Part shown: in pieces, positions 63,031 through 64,000 of the stretch
How the letters are laid out: every line of letters begins with the position of its first letter
How positions within the stretch are numbered: the stretch's first letter is position 1
Origin: Octopus bimaculoides
Lineage: Eukaryota
Length of the DNA stretch: 64,000 nt
Assembly: GCF_001194135.2 (NCBI RefSeq)
Contig: NC_068987.1
Location: 93,873,926 to 93,937,925 of the forward strand
Direction of reading: 5' to 3'
Notes under the pieces: generated by a model
The model's input: the letters and a program-made list of their open reading frames with translations, nothing else
The model's database searches: none
Told to the model about the DNA's origin: nothing
Translations under genes and position numbers: made by a program

Positions 63031-64000
63031 ATTTTTGCGCCGCACTGTGAAAAGGGACATTCTCGAGGTTTGTAAGACGCCTATATAATCTCTGAATTTT
63101 CGTTTTGATTAAAGATTTCATTAATTGCAGTCGAGTATTATTTGCTATTTGGCCCAAGTTAACAAAATCTCTCCTAACCGTTAACTCACTCGTTATACTA
63201 AACGATCTTGTACTTTACTGCACAGACAGCTCCTTACAAAATTACACATCAAACACTAAAGTCTATAGGCGTTACTACTTATTGAATCAGAGCTGAAACT
63301 ATTTCCTTTACACTATATAAGCATTATATTTTCATCAACTGTTAATCCCATAAAGTTACTGAAAGTGTAATATACAGAATTGGATTTTTCAGTAATGTGT
63401 CTGGGACTAAATTTGCTTGTTTCTTAGATACATCAGAATACAATGTGATGAGAGATTACGTTTTCCCAAGCAGTAGAAGATTCAGCCGGTATTAAGGTAA
63501 TTCTGTTTAAGTGTTGGTGATATCGTATGTCATACTGGATTGCTGGTCATATCACTAATTATTTTACTGTCATGTAATATGTCACTACAATCTCGCCTTT
63601 TTCTGACTGCTCATATAGGAGGATTTGAACAAAGCACCTCAGATCAATGAAACCTTTATCAACAACACAACGTTAATGCTTATATTTTCCAAGCTTTTCA
63701 CTGATTAAACTTAGATAATCTGAGGAGTTGAATATCGTTGGGGATTAAATGACTTTGTTAATGACTTCGTTCTGATATGAATTGAGATATTGCGATTACT
63801 TGAACTGTTAGAACTTGCAGTCAAATCTCCTTCAAATCTCACATTGCATCGTCTTACAAAAAGGTGCAACACAAGTGTAACGGCGTAGTGAATATTCAGA
63901 GTGCAAAAGGGGTATTTGTTGTGAGGTCAATGGAATTTGAAATGTCTAACATTAGTTTTGAGGACACAAATCAAGTGACGTGTGTGCTTGTATGTGTGTG

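Overview
Repeat-dominated eukaryotic DNA with many N-gaps and dense di-, tri- and tetranucleotide microsatellites. The repeat families look like Octopus to me; this is recalled similarity, not a database result. No intact protein-coding gene is supportable. Nearly all long ORFs in the track are microsatellite or N-gap artefacts. Real coding remnants all come from mobile elements. (1) A ~4.35 kb Tx1/L1-clade LINE on the minus strand (17622-21966) has ORF1, APE endonuclease, an RT missing its catalytic core, and a tandem-monomer 5' UTR. It is inserted inside the tRNA-like head of a SINE with a ~16-bp target-site duplication. (2) A second Tx1 3' fragment. (3) Three RLE-type (R2 group, R4/Dong-like) LINE fragments. 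(4) A Tc3-like and a maT-like transposase remnant. (5) A Penelope-like remnant. There are more than 10 tRNA-derived SINE copies. The window also has a complete type I minimal hammerhead ribozyme (48310-48365), paired with an inverted degenerate copy, several decayed hammerhead motifs, and several long inverted repeats. A few weak host-exon and recursive-splice-site candidates are listed at low confidence. Best leads: a possibly SINE-targeting Tx1 retrotransposon, and the head-to-head hammerhead pair.
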